A stretch of 64,000 nucleotides of DNA from Cycas panzhihuaensis (taxonomy: Eukaryota > Plantae > Cycadophyta), in assembly GCA_023213395.1 (NCBI GenBank), contig CM041465.1:211489741-211553740 (forward strand). The letters are read 5' to 3'. How positions within the stretch are numbered: the first letter of the stretch is position 1; every line of letters starts with the position of its first letter. The notes beneath the pieces are model-generated. The model saw only the letters and a program-made list of their open reading frames with translations. It made no database searches and was not told the DNA's origin. Both the position numbers and the translations under genes were made by a program. Shown one piece after another: positions 11,500 through 23,728 of this stretch.

Positions 11500-13772
11500 G
11501 TATCATCCCCTGGTTGTGGTCTCCTCTACTCTAGGGGGGTCCAAGTACCTCCTAAGCTCCTCCTTGGCTACTGTGACAGCTCAACCTCACTCCCCCCATC
11601 CTGTAGATGATCCTCCTCCCTTTAGTGCTACTACATCATCATTATGGTATGAGTCCTAAAGGAGAATGCTACTATTTACTCCACCGGTCGACCATACCTC
11701 TCCTAAATGTAGTTCCTTTCTGCCTAAATATCTTGAAGTCATATCTTGAGTACGGTGATTTGTACCTCCATGCTAGTATCCATCTATATATATGTTATTA
11801 TAACCAAAGGCACTATCTCTACCCCCTTATGCCTCCAACTCCCTCACCAGGCCTGCAATTGGTCCCTCTCTGCCTAGAGTTAGCCCCACTTGGCCTAAAT
11901 CTATCCCTAGTCCAAACATAACTTATGGAGCTCTATAGCCCACATCTCCTTAGCCTTCAACAAGGGGGGAAATATTATTATATGGGGATGTGTCGATGTT
12001 GGATTCCTATTATCTACTATAGGAGGCTAGCCCTCTGTATACACTATGGGAAAAAGCTCGCTAACAACCTTTGTGATGAGCTCTATTGTGATACCCTCTC
12101 TTGCTAGTTAATAAGCTCTTGTGTCAGTAACAAATTCATACAAAATCAACATAGAATTAAATAATAAAAATAACTACAAAGGGATAAAATCAAATAAAAG
12201 AAGGTAATGCCTCTATGATGGGCCTTCTCTAGTGTTGATACTACCTCCTAGCCTCCTCCCTGATTAACTTCCAAACTGACATCATGTGCCCCCTTATTGT
12301 CATAAGTATCTACCTCCTCCTCATCCCCTCTAGCGGCCTTGTCTCCCTCTCCCTCCTCCTCTCTAGCCTCTATTGCATCCCTTATCTCACCTCTGTCTCC
12401 CTCCTTAATATTAACCCAGTGAACATCCTAGTAAGGATGCCTCACATAGTCATTAAGGATCAGTAGCTCTAAGGAGTTATATCACTAACTAGTGGTCCTA
12501 CTCTAACTCTCCTAAGCTATAAAATTATGATGGTCACCTATGAATTAGTGGCCCACTCATCACTACTAGGTGCAGCCTTACCACAGGTCCCATTCTATGA
12601 AAGTGATAGAAGAACCAACACTACATAATGAAGTAATAAGAGAACCCATCATGCTCAGTTACTCAAATTTGATCTAACTGGGTTTATATATTAGCCACTA
12701 TAAGGGCAGCCTAGTCTAGCCTCTCCCCGACCTTGCATCACTAAAAAGTAGCCATCCAACCTTTGGGAATATTATGATAGTTTTATTAATAGGAAATTTG
12801 GAATAGAATTGTAAATATGTTAAGCTCCCACATTTAAGGAATGGTTGCAATTATGATCTTCCTCATAAATCCTCCTCACCTATCTTAGTGCCCCTTGATA
12901 TAGAAATATCTCATAGCTTCTTGATGGGCATCCTTAGTATTGGGCAAATCCCTTAGCTTAGGAGGTGCTCCTCCTACTAGTAGCCCTAGGATCCTCCTGA
13001 TGTTACTAGTAGTAATAGTCAGGTCCTCTATATTAGGAAGATGGAAAACCTACCTTCTCTTATCCCAATGGAATATAATATCCACTAATAGAGCCTGATC
13101 AAATGTATACTAGTACATCATCACTACCCTTAATAATCCACATCTCTATACTGCTCTCAATCTTGTGCTATCATCAGATCTGTTATGCCCAACATGGGCA
13201 TCCCAATATTTTTTCGATTATCACTCGTGATAACAACCTATAAACACATATAAATAGTCACACAAATCAATTATTAAAACCTAAGGCCTAACTATTAATG
13301 ACTAACAACTCTAAAATTAATAATAAAAATAAATATGATAAATCTTTTAAAAGTAAAATTAAAAAAAAAATTAAATAATTATATTTGTACTATAAATATA
13401 TTTATAGTACCACAAATATATATATGGTATCACAAACACATCTATGGTACTATAGAAATTTGCTGAGAGCATTTGTGATACTGCTATAAGATTTGTGGTA
13501 CCATAAAGTTTCTTATGGTATGTAGCAAACTAACCCTACATTATAAAAAATAAATAAATAAGTTACTTTTTAGGTCTAATAATAGGCCCATCAGGACTAG
13601 GGCACCAAGGTACCTTAGTCTAACCCAAAATAGGGCTCCAAACAAGTATTGTTTGGCCTCATTTTTCTTACATGGGCATAACCCATATATAAGAAACACA
13701 TATTGATAAAATGTAAAAGAATACAAATAATAAACCAGATCCACTCACTAGATCTGGGTGCACTATAGCCAT
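11500..13772 (-). pseudogene. Retrotransposon-borne aminotransferase-like plant mobile domain (PMD, MAIN/MAIL1-like) gene remnant, antisense to the element, copy A
   Basis: Manual translation of 13104-12965 (minus) gives FDQALLVDIIFHWDKRR*VFHLPNIEDLTITTSNIRRILGLLVGG, matching the PMD consensus D..LL....ERW..ET.TFHLP.GEMTITL.D...ILGL...G. Downstream are *AALIVANI*TQLD and CWFFYHF-like motifs (~12600-12720). Boundaries are approximate. Confidence 0.78.
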
Positions 13773-14833
13773 GGCATCAATGTGATCCTAATGGATCCCT
13801 CCACTCAGTGATCCAATGATCAAATCTCTCGTAGCAAGATCGTAAAGGTGAAGGAAAATGTGGGGGCAGGGAGAGTTTCCTAAAAAATCCTACGAGAAAT
13901 AGTGAAAATGAATTTTAAATTCTTAACCAATTTGAATATATAAAGTGCCCATCCCCCTTCATTTGGGTGTTATTTCACCACCTACTCATTTCCTTGTAGC
14001 CACATCACTGACACAACCATCCTAGACACCCTTGTCATAGCCATTTAGGCTAATGGCCCTTATCACGCACAACTCCATATTTTGTCACCATTAGATACAT
14101 ATCATTAATGGCCATTTTTACCCTTGAGATACCTACCTCAACTCCTATTATTGTTTATAGCCCACAGACTAGATTTTTCACCTTGATTGTCATTTTAGCA
14201 CCCATTCTAACCCTTCACATGCCATATACTATTTGAACCCCCATTTTTTACTATCTTTATTATATTTTCTATTCATTTCCTATGCCTTATCTACAACTTT
14301 AGCTTAGCTTTCTATAGTTGTTTGGCTCCCTTTGTCCTTATTATCAGCTCTCTAATTCTTTGTGCTACCCCCTCATTTACCTTATTGAGCTTTTAAGTGC
14401 CTTTAGCTCCTCCTCCATTAGCACATAGTCTATTGTGTCAGATGATATTTTACTATTCATCTATCATTTCTCCCCCTAGTTTCACTTGGACTTTAGTTGG
14501 TCATATGTACAACTTCAACAAGGAAACCCACAATGATTCCTACATGCTCTCTATCATTAGAATATGCCTTAGTTCTTCATGACCACTGCCCAGAGGACCC
14601 TGCTCTATATATACTACACATCTGACACTCAAGACTATCATATGACTTGCCCTTTATGTCTTGTAATTTGACCTTCTTGCTAGAGGCTAATTGTGTGGTG
14701 TTCACTCTGTTAAAGGATTACTACTATGGTAACTCCTTTAGCTTTCCCATTGTCTAATCCACCTCTATATCTACCTTACACTACCTAAGTAATTACTTAT
14801 ATATATGCCTTATTAAATCTATAAATATATCTA

Positions 14834-14854
14834 TGTGTGTGTGTGTGTGTGTGT
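14834..14854. repeat. (TG)n microsatellite (copy B 32435-32455)
   Basis: tgtgtg run of about 10 units. Confidence 0.9.
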
Positions 14855-16289
14855 AAAATAGAGTATATTTTAAGGGAGCATATCTACTACCACCTTCTTA
14901 GCATCTGGGGCAGGTCACATGACAACCTCATCCCCACCTACAATTTGTAGTTCAAATCTACATGAGTGGGATATTTGGGACCTTTAGATTTAGTTGTTTG
15001 GACCCACCATGGTATTGATTGTGATCGAAACCTACTTAGCACAATTATCACTTTGGGTTGATTTTAGAGGAGTTCATAATTATGGCATAGGGTCATTCTT
15101 AACTACTAAGAGTTTTTATTATTTCAATCAAATTTACATGCTCGCTTAAGTTCCCTTTTGTTGATCATCAATTCCTACAATCTCCCTTCTTTAAGTGACC
15201 TCATCCTAAGTTGTCATTACACTCTCTCATGGCATTGATCATCCATACTAATGGGGGTAGTCATGGGAATCTAGGGCCTTCTACTATAGCCTAAATCATT
15301 CAAGATCACCTTGGGAATACCTTGGTTCAATCTATGGTTTACTTACTAGAAGCACCAATAACAAAGTTGAGTACACTATCGTCATAGAGGATTTGATTGA
15401 TGTACTCCACTTCTACTTTGGCTCTATCATCTTATATTGTGACTCCTAAATTGTCATATCCCAACTCACCTAAGTTTACTGGATCCTTTGCCTACAATTG
15501 AGGTCTTTAGCCATGTCTGTTAGATCCCTCCTGGCCTAGTTCTCTTCTATCAAAATCCATCATATTCCCCTTGGACTTAACATTGAATCTAATGGTTTAG
15601 TGGGCTTTATCCTTGAGTGTCATCTACCATTGGTAGGTGACTCCCCTTTGGCCTAATAGGCCATACCTTGAGATGCATATTTAAGGGGGCAATCCTCCCT
15701 AGTCTCACTTCAAAAGGGAATTCACTAATGAGGTAAAACTATATTGACAACCTCGGGCTTACATAGAGCTAAAGCTTCTCTCTTATACTTCAATGAGAGC
15801 TTAAACTGCTACCATGCTTTGAAATAAGCTTAAACTACCTTTGTATATTTGTATATATCAGACTAGGATATGGATTTCTTAGGTTGCACAACTCTTTTAC
15901 ATTCCATATCCTCGCCTCCTTTATTTCATCATCCTTTCTTTTATTTGTATATTTCCTTTTTATGCAATAACTATATATAAAAAAAAAATAAAAAACAATA
16001 GACAACCCTTTCAAAATCTAAAAAAAAAAAAAAGAAGAATAAAGAAACCCAAAAAATCTTACTTTGAAAGATGGTCGCTAATGAGGTAAAATTATAGTGG
16101 CCCACTTGGACTCATTAAGACCCACACCCCCTTAGGTATTTGAGGTATTACTTCATGTATTCAAGGGGCTTTGGGCTTCCAAGCCCTATTTTAGGACCAC
16201 CCCATCCATTTGGCTTCCATTGAGGCAACGCCTTAGTTGTTTGTCATACCCACATTTATACATGCTTAGGACTCATAGCCATTAGATTT

Positions 16290-19200
16290 TGTGAAAAAAT
16301 TATAAAATAGGGAAAAATAACATACATATAGATTTAGAAAAATTAGCATTTTAGTAGCAGGCTGATCTACTTTTTAGCTCATTGTGGATTTTGTATCAAA
16401 ACTTCTAAAAACATATTTGAAAACATTATACTAAAGCAAGGGAAACCTTGGATGAGAAGCAACATCTGGTTCCTCTGCTAAATCTAGCATGCTTTTCTAT
16501 TTACATACATAGCATAAAGCATCATATAAAGTAATAATAACAACAAAGCAAGCATGAAAAATAAGCAAACATATTTGGCAACTTTCTATTTCAGTTTTTA
16601 GTTATATGGAAACATCTTATACTATTCCTAAAAGGAATCTCATCTGTATGATCTATACCGCCAGTTCTTGACTTGTGCGCACACTCATATTGGTTGAAAT
16701 AGACCCCAGGTTGGCCAAAGTTCAGGCCTGAAGGGATGTGTGAATTTTCTATTAGGTTTGGTCTTAACCGGAATAGTGGTGGAGGGACAGGTTAGCCATA
16801 CCTACAGCCTCTAATAAGGGATAATCCTAATAACCACCCGGGAAAACTAAAAACCTTAATGCAAGATTAAAATTAACACAGTCCAATATTTGTCATAGTT
16901 GTGGGATACACAGTACCGTTTGACTCTTCGAAGGAGGTATATAGTTGCTTATTGGTAAACTAGGTGACGACTAAGAGTACCTGGGCTCCACTGTAACTTG
17001 GATATCATCACTAAGCACAGGTACGGGTATCGTGGGTGAATGCCTTAATTGTATACTAGAAGCCTTAGGCATCAAAACGTCATCTACATATGGACATAAG
17101 TGAGAGGTTAGTGGCATGACACATCACCACTCTTTGCCAGCTTTACATTAGGCCTCATTCTTGTATCATTACTTATACTCATTTTTCATAGTTGTTGAAA
17201 ATACTTAATCATTGCTTGCTTCTCATCATAGCATCTATTTCTACATCCCTACTGTGCCAGGTGTATTAGCCACACATGTCAGTGGCACATGCTTTTATCA
17301 TCTCTTCTACTTCTTTATTATCACCTTATCATCTCAATTTAAGTAGAATGTTAACTACATATTGAAAGGAAAAGAAAATTGGGATTTATGGTATACTGGA
17401 GTTAAAAATGCTGCAAAGTATGAAGGCGTTTAGAGAGCCTATTTGCAGCCTACACCCAACACACCAACAACAGTTATAACATCCATTTCTAGTGGATCTG
17501 CCTCAACAACTCCTACAGATGTTGCAGTTAATTACAATGGGAGATAGATTATGAAAATATTCATGCAGGAATTCTATTGGTCATTGATCACTCCTTGTAC
17601 AACTTGATTAATGAAGAGCAACATGATACAACCTGGAAGGTTCTTGAAGTTTTCAAGAAGAACTTTGATACCAAATCAGATTTAGAATTTGTTCATCTTA
17701 TTATGAAAATGAACAAATTAAAAATGCAGAAGGGATGAGCTCATGAGACAATAAATCTCCTTCGACTAATCAAATAGGCAATTGATAAAGATTTTAAGAC
17801 CCAATGTATCACTTGGGCATTCTTGATCCAGTCATATTTTTATGTTAATGATTATAAAAACTTGCTTAGAAGTCTTTAATCTAGTGGAATATTGAAGACA
17901 CTCAACTTTGAAGCACTTGTTGATAAGTTCATAGAATTTGACAAAACCTTTGATATGAACTTTGTAACCTCTGACTCTCTTCCAGATGTAGCCTTTGGGA
18001 TCTAAGAAGAAGTTTTCTACATAATAAATTAAGGTCCCTCTTATGCTAGAGGAAATAACTGAGCAAGAGAAAGAGGAAGAAATATAGGAAATTATCCACA
18101 AGGTCAACCAAACCCTTAGTCACAGCCTCGACAGTTTCAAGGGCAAGGGCTACCTCAACAAAGAGCAAGATAGTTAGGCCAAACCAGTACCTCTTTGGGC
18201 ACTGGTAATTAAACTATTATATGTGATCGGTGTAATCGTAAAGGATACTTAGCAAAATATTGCAGAACCGCCACTTATAAGTTGGCCAAGTTTCAACCAA
18301 AACATGGAGCTCATAATGTTGAAGAAACATGTGAAGAATCCTTTAGTGGTGCAAGTTTTATATAAGCACATGTTCAAAGAATTGAGGGATCTTCAGTATC
18401 AAATGCTATTGACTAACCAAAGAGATACTTTGAAGCTCGATGTAGATATATCACTTGTGAATTCCCTTCACCAATACCAAGCCCTACTGGAATTGCCAAC
18501 AGTGTGGCTTCAATTGATGGATAATAGACTCCAAAGTACCCTCACGCCACTATAATCATGTTATGAAGTATGATATTCAGATTCCAAAATTTGGGGTGGG
18601 GGGGGGGGGGGGGGGGGGACAGATATAAATTACTCCAAATATTGGAAGCTGACAATAGAGCCTTGAAGGATACAAGTTATGACTCTAAACCAATGAGCGC
18701 ACATCTAAGACCATCTTTTGAACATAGCAGAGTTGATAAAGGTGAAGCCATTAAAGAAGAATCATCCTCTCCACCTTCAGTCGTCAAAGGCAAAACCATG
18801 GTAGACGGACCATCTTCCTCAAGCACATCAACATCCTCATTATAAAATAATCATTTTAATAAACAAGATGAGAACCAAGAAGTTGATGAAATGAGGACTT
18901 CATTCCCAACTCGAGGATCTCGAGAAGCCTGCAAACTCAATAAGGACATACGACCAGATGAGGTGGGCAAAACTGGTACTCAAAGTACCCATAGAGCAAG
19001 GATGCAGGAATTATTATATACTGAGCTTGAACTAGTAGAACTACACCTTACTCTTAATGAAGAGCCTCTAACATACCAAGAAGTTGTAAAACATACAGTT
19101 TAGAGAAATGCTATAAATGAAGAGTACCAATCTCTTATCAAGAACAGTATATGGGAGCTCGTTGATCTACCACTAGGTAGAAAGGTAGTTCAAAATAAAT

Positions 19201-21417
19201 GTGTGTTTAAAAACAAATATAGATCAGATGGCACCCTTGAAAAACACAAGGCGAGGTTGGTAGCTAAAGGATTTACCTAAAGGGAAGGCATCGACTACAC
19301 TGAAATCTTTGCACCTATAACCAAGTGGCCTACAATTAGAACTCTTGTGGCCTTGGCTGATCAATAGGGTTGGAAAATCCACCAACTCGATATTAAGATT
19401 ATATTTCTTAATGGAGATCTTGAAGAAAAAATTTGCATGGCTCAGCGAGAAGGATATGAGATCGAAGGTCAAGAGTATAAGGTTTACAGGCTCAGAAAGT
19501 CATTGTACAGCCTTAAACAAGCCCCTTGTGCTTGGTTTACTAAGTTGTATGAAAGAATGAGGCAACTTGGATACGAGGTTTGTGACTACCAAGATATTGA
19601 TGTAACATTGTTCATCAAGCACCATAAGGATAAAGTCACTTATCTAATAATCTTTGTGGATGTCATGCGAGTAACGGGTACTAGTGAACAAGTAATAAGC
19701 TAGCTAAAAAAGGACCTTAGTAAAATATTCAAATTGTCTGACCTCACTTTGATGAAATATTACTTGGAAATTTAAGTAATACAAAAGAATGGAAAGATTT
19801 TCCACTCCTAAGAAAAATACATCAACAATCTTCTAACCAAGTTTTAGTTAGAAGATGCTTGACCAGTGATGTTACCTATGGACACTAATACCAAACTCTC
19901 AGCTGAATGTAACACTAGGGAGGAAGACACAATACTCTATAGGAAACTTGTAGGTAGTCTCATTTACACTACCAATACAAGGCTAGATATTGCACGCTCT
20001 ATCAGCGTTCTTGCTCGTTATATGACAAATCCTAAGCAGAATCATTGGCAAGTAGCAGTGCAAGTGTTGAGATACCTTAAGACGACCAACAAATATGGTC
20101 TGTTGTATGAACTTAATTCAGACTTCAAGATTTCTGTATACATAGACTTAGACTTTATAGGAGATAAAGATACCGTAAGATCTACGTCTGGGTATGTAAC
20201 ATTTCTTGAAACAACACCAATATCATGGAGATCTAGACAACAAAAGATAGTTATAGATTCAACTGACAAAGCTGAATACATTGTTGCTTCTAAGACCAAC
20301 AAGGAGGTGATATGACTTAGAAAATTATTGGAAACATTGAATATCACCCAAACAAGTCTTACCAGTCTTTATGTAGATAATCAATCAGCAATCAGCATGG
20401 CAAAAAGTCCTATATTTCATGATCATATCAAACAGATAAGTACAAAAGTCCCCAGGATTAGAGAACTTATTCATGATGGCATAATTCAATTGGAATACTG
20501 CCCCACAACATATCAAGTGGATGATATCTTCATCAAACTGCTGCAAAAGATAAAGTTTGAACAGTTCCAAAGGCAGCTCGGCCTTAGGGCCTTCAACTTC
20601 AATTGATCAATAAAAATGGCAATAGGATCATCATACTCTATTCTCTTTGTGAAAATCCCTTATGGGCGTGGAAGAATAAGAGTAAGTGTATGCTCTATCC
20701 TATTTATGAAAACCCCATGTGGGCATGGAAGGATAAGGGCTCTACTAGTTTTAGAAAATCGAAACCTGTGAAAACCCAAAAGGGCAAAGGGGATGACCAA
20801 ATGGTATATGGAGACTTACTAGATTAAGTTGCACATCTAAGCTGCTTGGTTATCAGGCTACATCAAAGAGCCACCTTAACCATTTTTATTTATAAAAGGG
20901 GCTATAGATCTTAAAACGTCTGTGGGTTTTTATTCCCCATGAGGGGTTTCCTAAAAAAGTGTCATTTAGAATTTCAATATAATAATGAGGCTCAAATGAA
21001 GACCTCATAGAATAGATTTTCTCAAAAATGACCTTCCACCATTAAGGGAGGGATTGAAAGAGGTTAATATATTAAGGTCATTTGTGTAGATTAATCATAT
21101 GACTTTAGGATATATTTATTAGCATTAGTTTCTTAATGAAATGTACTTTATGTGCATTTAGATGTAATTTCATGTTCATGTCATTAGGCGGAAAAATCCT
21201 AACCCTAATGCTCACCCTCAATAATAAAAGGTGAAATCTCAAGGAGGGAGTTATTATTCATTCTCACCTCCAAGCTTGCTCTCATATCTTGTTTCATATA
21301 TTTTTCATTCTCCATTGCCATTGTGTGCATGTGAGTGATTTATTCCTTACATCCATCCTTCCTTCAGCCTAAGGGTAGTAAGGGGATAAGGTTTTATGAG
21401 AGATCTTAAATATGTCA
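16290..21417 (+). mobile_element. Degenerate Ty1/copia LTR retrotransposon, copy B (5' leader, gag from ~17340, RT/RNase H ~19060-20606, 3' LTR from 21055)
   Basis: Gag N-terminus LKGKENWDLW (~17360). ORFs 19437 (YRLRKSLYSLKQAP), 19866 (YRKLVGSLIY...RSTSGY) and 20328 (DNQSAI). PPT at 21044-21053. Confidence 0.92.
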
Positions 21418-21512
21418 TAAAGCTCATCCATTTCTTTATTATAAAATAGGGTCCTATTATTTGTGACTAAGGTGTCAAGGATTCTAAGTCTACAAATGAT
21501 ATGTTAGAAAAT

Positions 21513-23670
21513 GAAGTTAGTGCTAGTCTTTCTCATCATAAGGGAAAGGGGAATTGCCTTGTCCCACTTCATAAAGTATTATATTATGGTTAGAATAAGC
21601 TTATGTTGGGCCAAAGATGGGGGCGTTATATCCCCAATGAGATTCATAACCCATTAGGAGAATGGCCATGGTAACATTATGGTATGTAACACTTTAGAAG
21701 GTTAGTGAATGATGTTGCAGTGCTCTTGACACTTCCAACACCATTGCACATAATCATGAACATCTTTATTCAATGTAGGCTAATAGAATCCCATGCGTAA
21801 GATCCTTTAAGCCATGGATTAGCCTCCAAAATGGCATCCATAAATGTTATCATGGCACTCATAGAGGACTTGGTTTATTTTATTAGGATTGACATATTTG
21901 ACAAGGATTCCTTTAAAAGATCTCTTATACAACATGTCCTCTATGAGGAAGTATTGCCAAATAGTTTCCCTCATATGTAACTTTACCTTCTCCCTTACAT
22001 CTTGAGGGTACTTCTGTTGGGTCAAATATAGGATAATGTCACCATACCATGTGTCATTAATCGACCTATTTCCTTTAGTTTAGTTGAGAGTGAAGATAAT
22101 TTCGTCTAATAAAGAGTCATCTATTGGGACATTGGAAGAGTTTAGAAGGGGTGGATGAGCAAGTTACTTAGAAACCACCATTTCTTTCCTATAGATTTTT
22201 AGTTGATAATTTTGAGGTTGTACTCTTGTAGGAGGATGGTTCTTTTTCTAGTTCACCCTATCAAATCTAACCTCGTCATGAGATAATAAAGTAGGTCTAA
22301 TTAGATGATGCCTTAATTTATTAATGGTGAATACTAAGGCCAGACATTCCTTCTTAGTGGGGGAATAGTTAACTTTCAGTGCAATATGAAGTAGATGACT
22401 CTTTTAATTTTTAAGTCATTGTCTTAGCTGAGCATAATGCCGATGGACTCTTCTGTTACTGACATGTATAGGATAAATGGTTGGTCAAACATAGGCAGGG
22501 TCAAAATGGGAGTAGAGATGAGAGCCCGTTTGAGTTCTTAAAAGGCCTCTTAGGTTTTGGGGGACCAAATGAATGGGGTTCCCTACTTTAAGAGGTTTGT
22601 TAGTGGCTTTGCATTCAAAGTGAAGTCTGCCAAGAATCTTCTTAGTTATCCAAGCCTTCTCAAAAGTGGCTTGATTTACTTTTGGATTTTTGGTGGATGC
22701 ATCTCTATTATGGCTTTAACCTTATTAAGATCAACTTGGATCCCTTGTTGTGATACTTAAAATCCCAATAGATTTTCAGTCATGATGATGAACATATATT
22801 TAAGTGGGTTAAGGCTAACATGATATTTCTAACATCTAAGGAAGATCTTCCTCAAGCTAGTGGGGTGGTTGACTCTCTTACATGAGAGACCCATCAAGTC
22901 ATCCATGAAGATCTCAAAGATTCTATTAATAAGGTCATCGAAGATGAAATGCCTAGCTTATTGGTAAGTGATGCAATCATTTTTTAGGCTAAAGGGCATC
23001 TCCATATAGGCAAATGTCCCCAGGGAGTAGTGAGAGCTATTTTGTGATGGTTCTCAAATGAGATTTAAATTTGATTATACCCCAAGAAACCATCCATGAA
23101 GGATATGACCTCAAATCTGGCAGTCCTATCAATGATTTGGTCAGTAAATGGGAGTAGAAAATTATCTTTAGGGCAGGTATTATTTATGTCACTAAAGTCT
23201 ATATAAATACAAGTTATCCCATTCTTTTTGTCAACTAGCATGATGTTAGATACCCACTTTGGGTAACCTATAGATGTAATAAGGCTGGTACTATATAGCT
23301 TTGCCACTTCTATTTTCATAGTGGCTAATAGTTTGGGATATAAAGGCCTTTATTTTTGTCAGATGGATCTAGCTCTAAGGATGGTTTTTAAGATGTGAGT
23401 GATAATATCAGGGTTAATCCCCTTCATTGCTATGTAATCCCATACAAATACATCTCAAAACTCATGTAGGAGATTTGTATACTCCCTAACTTCATGGGGG
23501 GAGTACTTAGTGCCAATCTCGGTGATCTTATCTAAAACAAGGATAATATCCCTTATTGCTCCAACATATAAAACATTCCCCTCTTCGAAATAAGGAGGGA
23601 CCTTATTTATTTGGGGATTAGGAGAAATGTCAATCATATTGGGGTTGGCTAGGGGGAGACTGGGTACCTA
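21513..23670 (-). mobile_element. Degenerate Ty3/gypsy pol, Tat/Ogre-like, copy B
   Basis: ORFs 21819, 23065 and 23455; duplicate of 3850-6020. Confidence 0.9.
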
Positions 23671-23694
23671 AAAAGTACTAAAGTTAACATTTAT

Positions 23695-23728
<34 letters not shown>

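Larger units (their letters stand above)
1..16289 (+). repeat. Copy A of a ~17.6-kb tandem segmental duplication (starts before the window)
   Basis: Position 1 (catgaagaactttgataccaaatcag) aligns with 17654. Colinear near-identity continues to ...ctcatagccattagattt (16289), which matches ...ctcatagtcattagattt (33890). ORFs are paired throughout, e.g. 1227/18891, 4907/22557, 10284/27885, 12284/29881. Confidence 0.96.

Noticed and set aside
15721-16120. Repeated ctaatgagg motifs (also ~33993) resembling a decayed hammerhead ribozyme core CUGAUGAG
   Set aside because: No stem II followed by GAAA and no stem III/UH site could be assembled.
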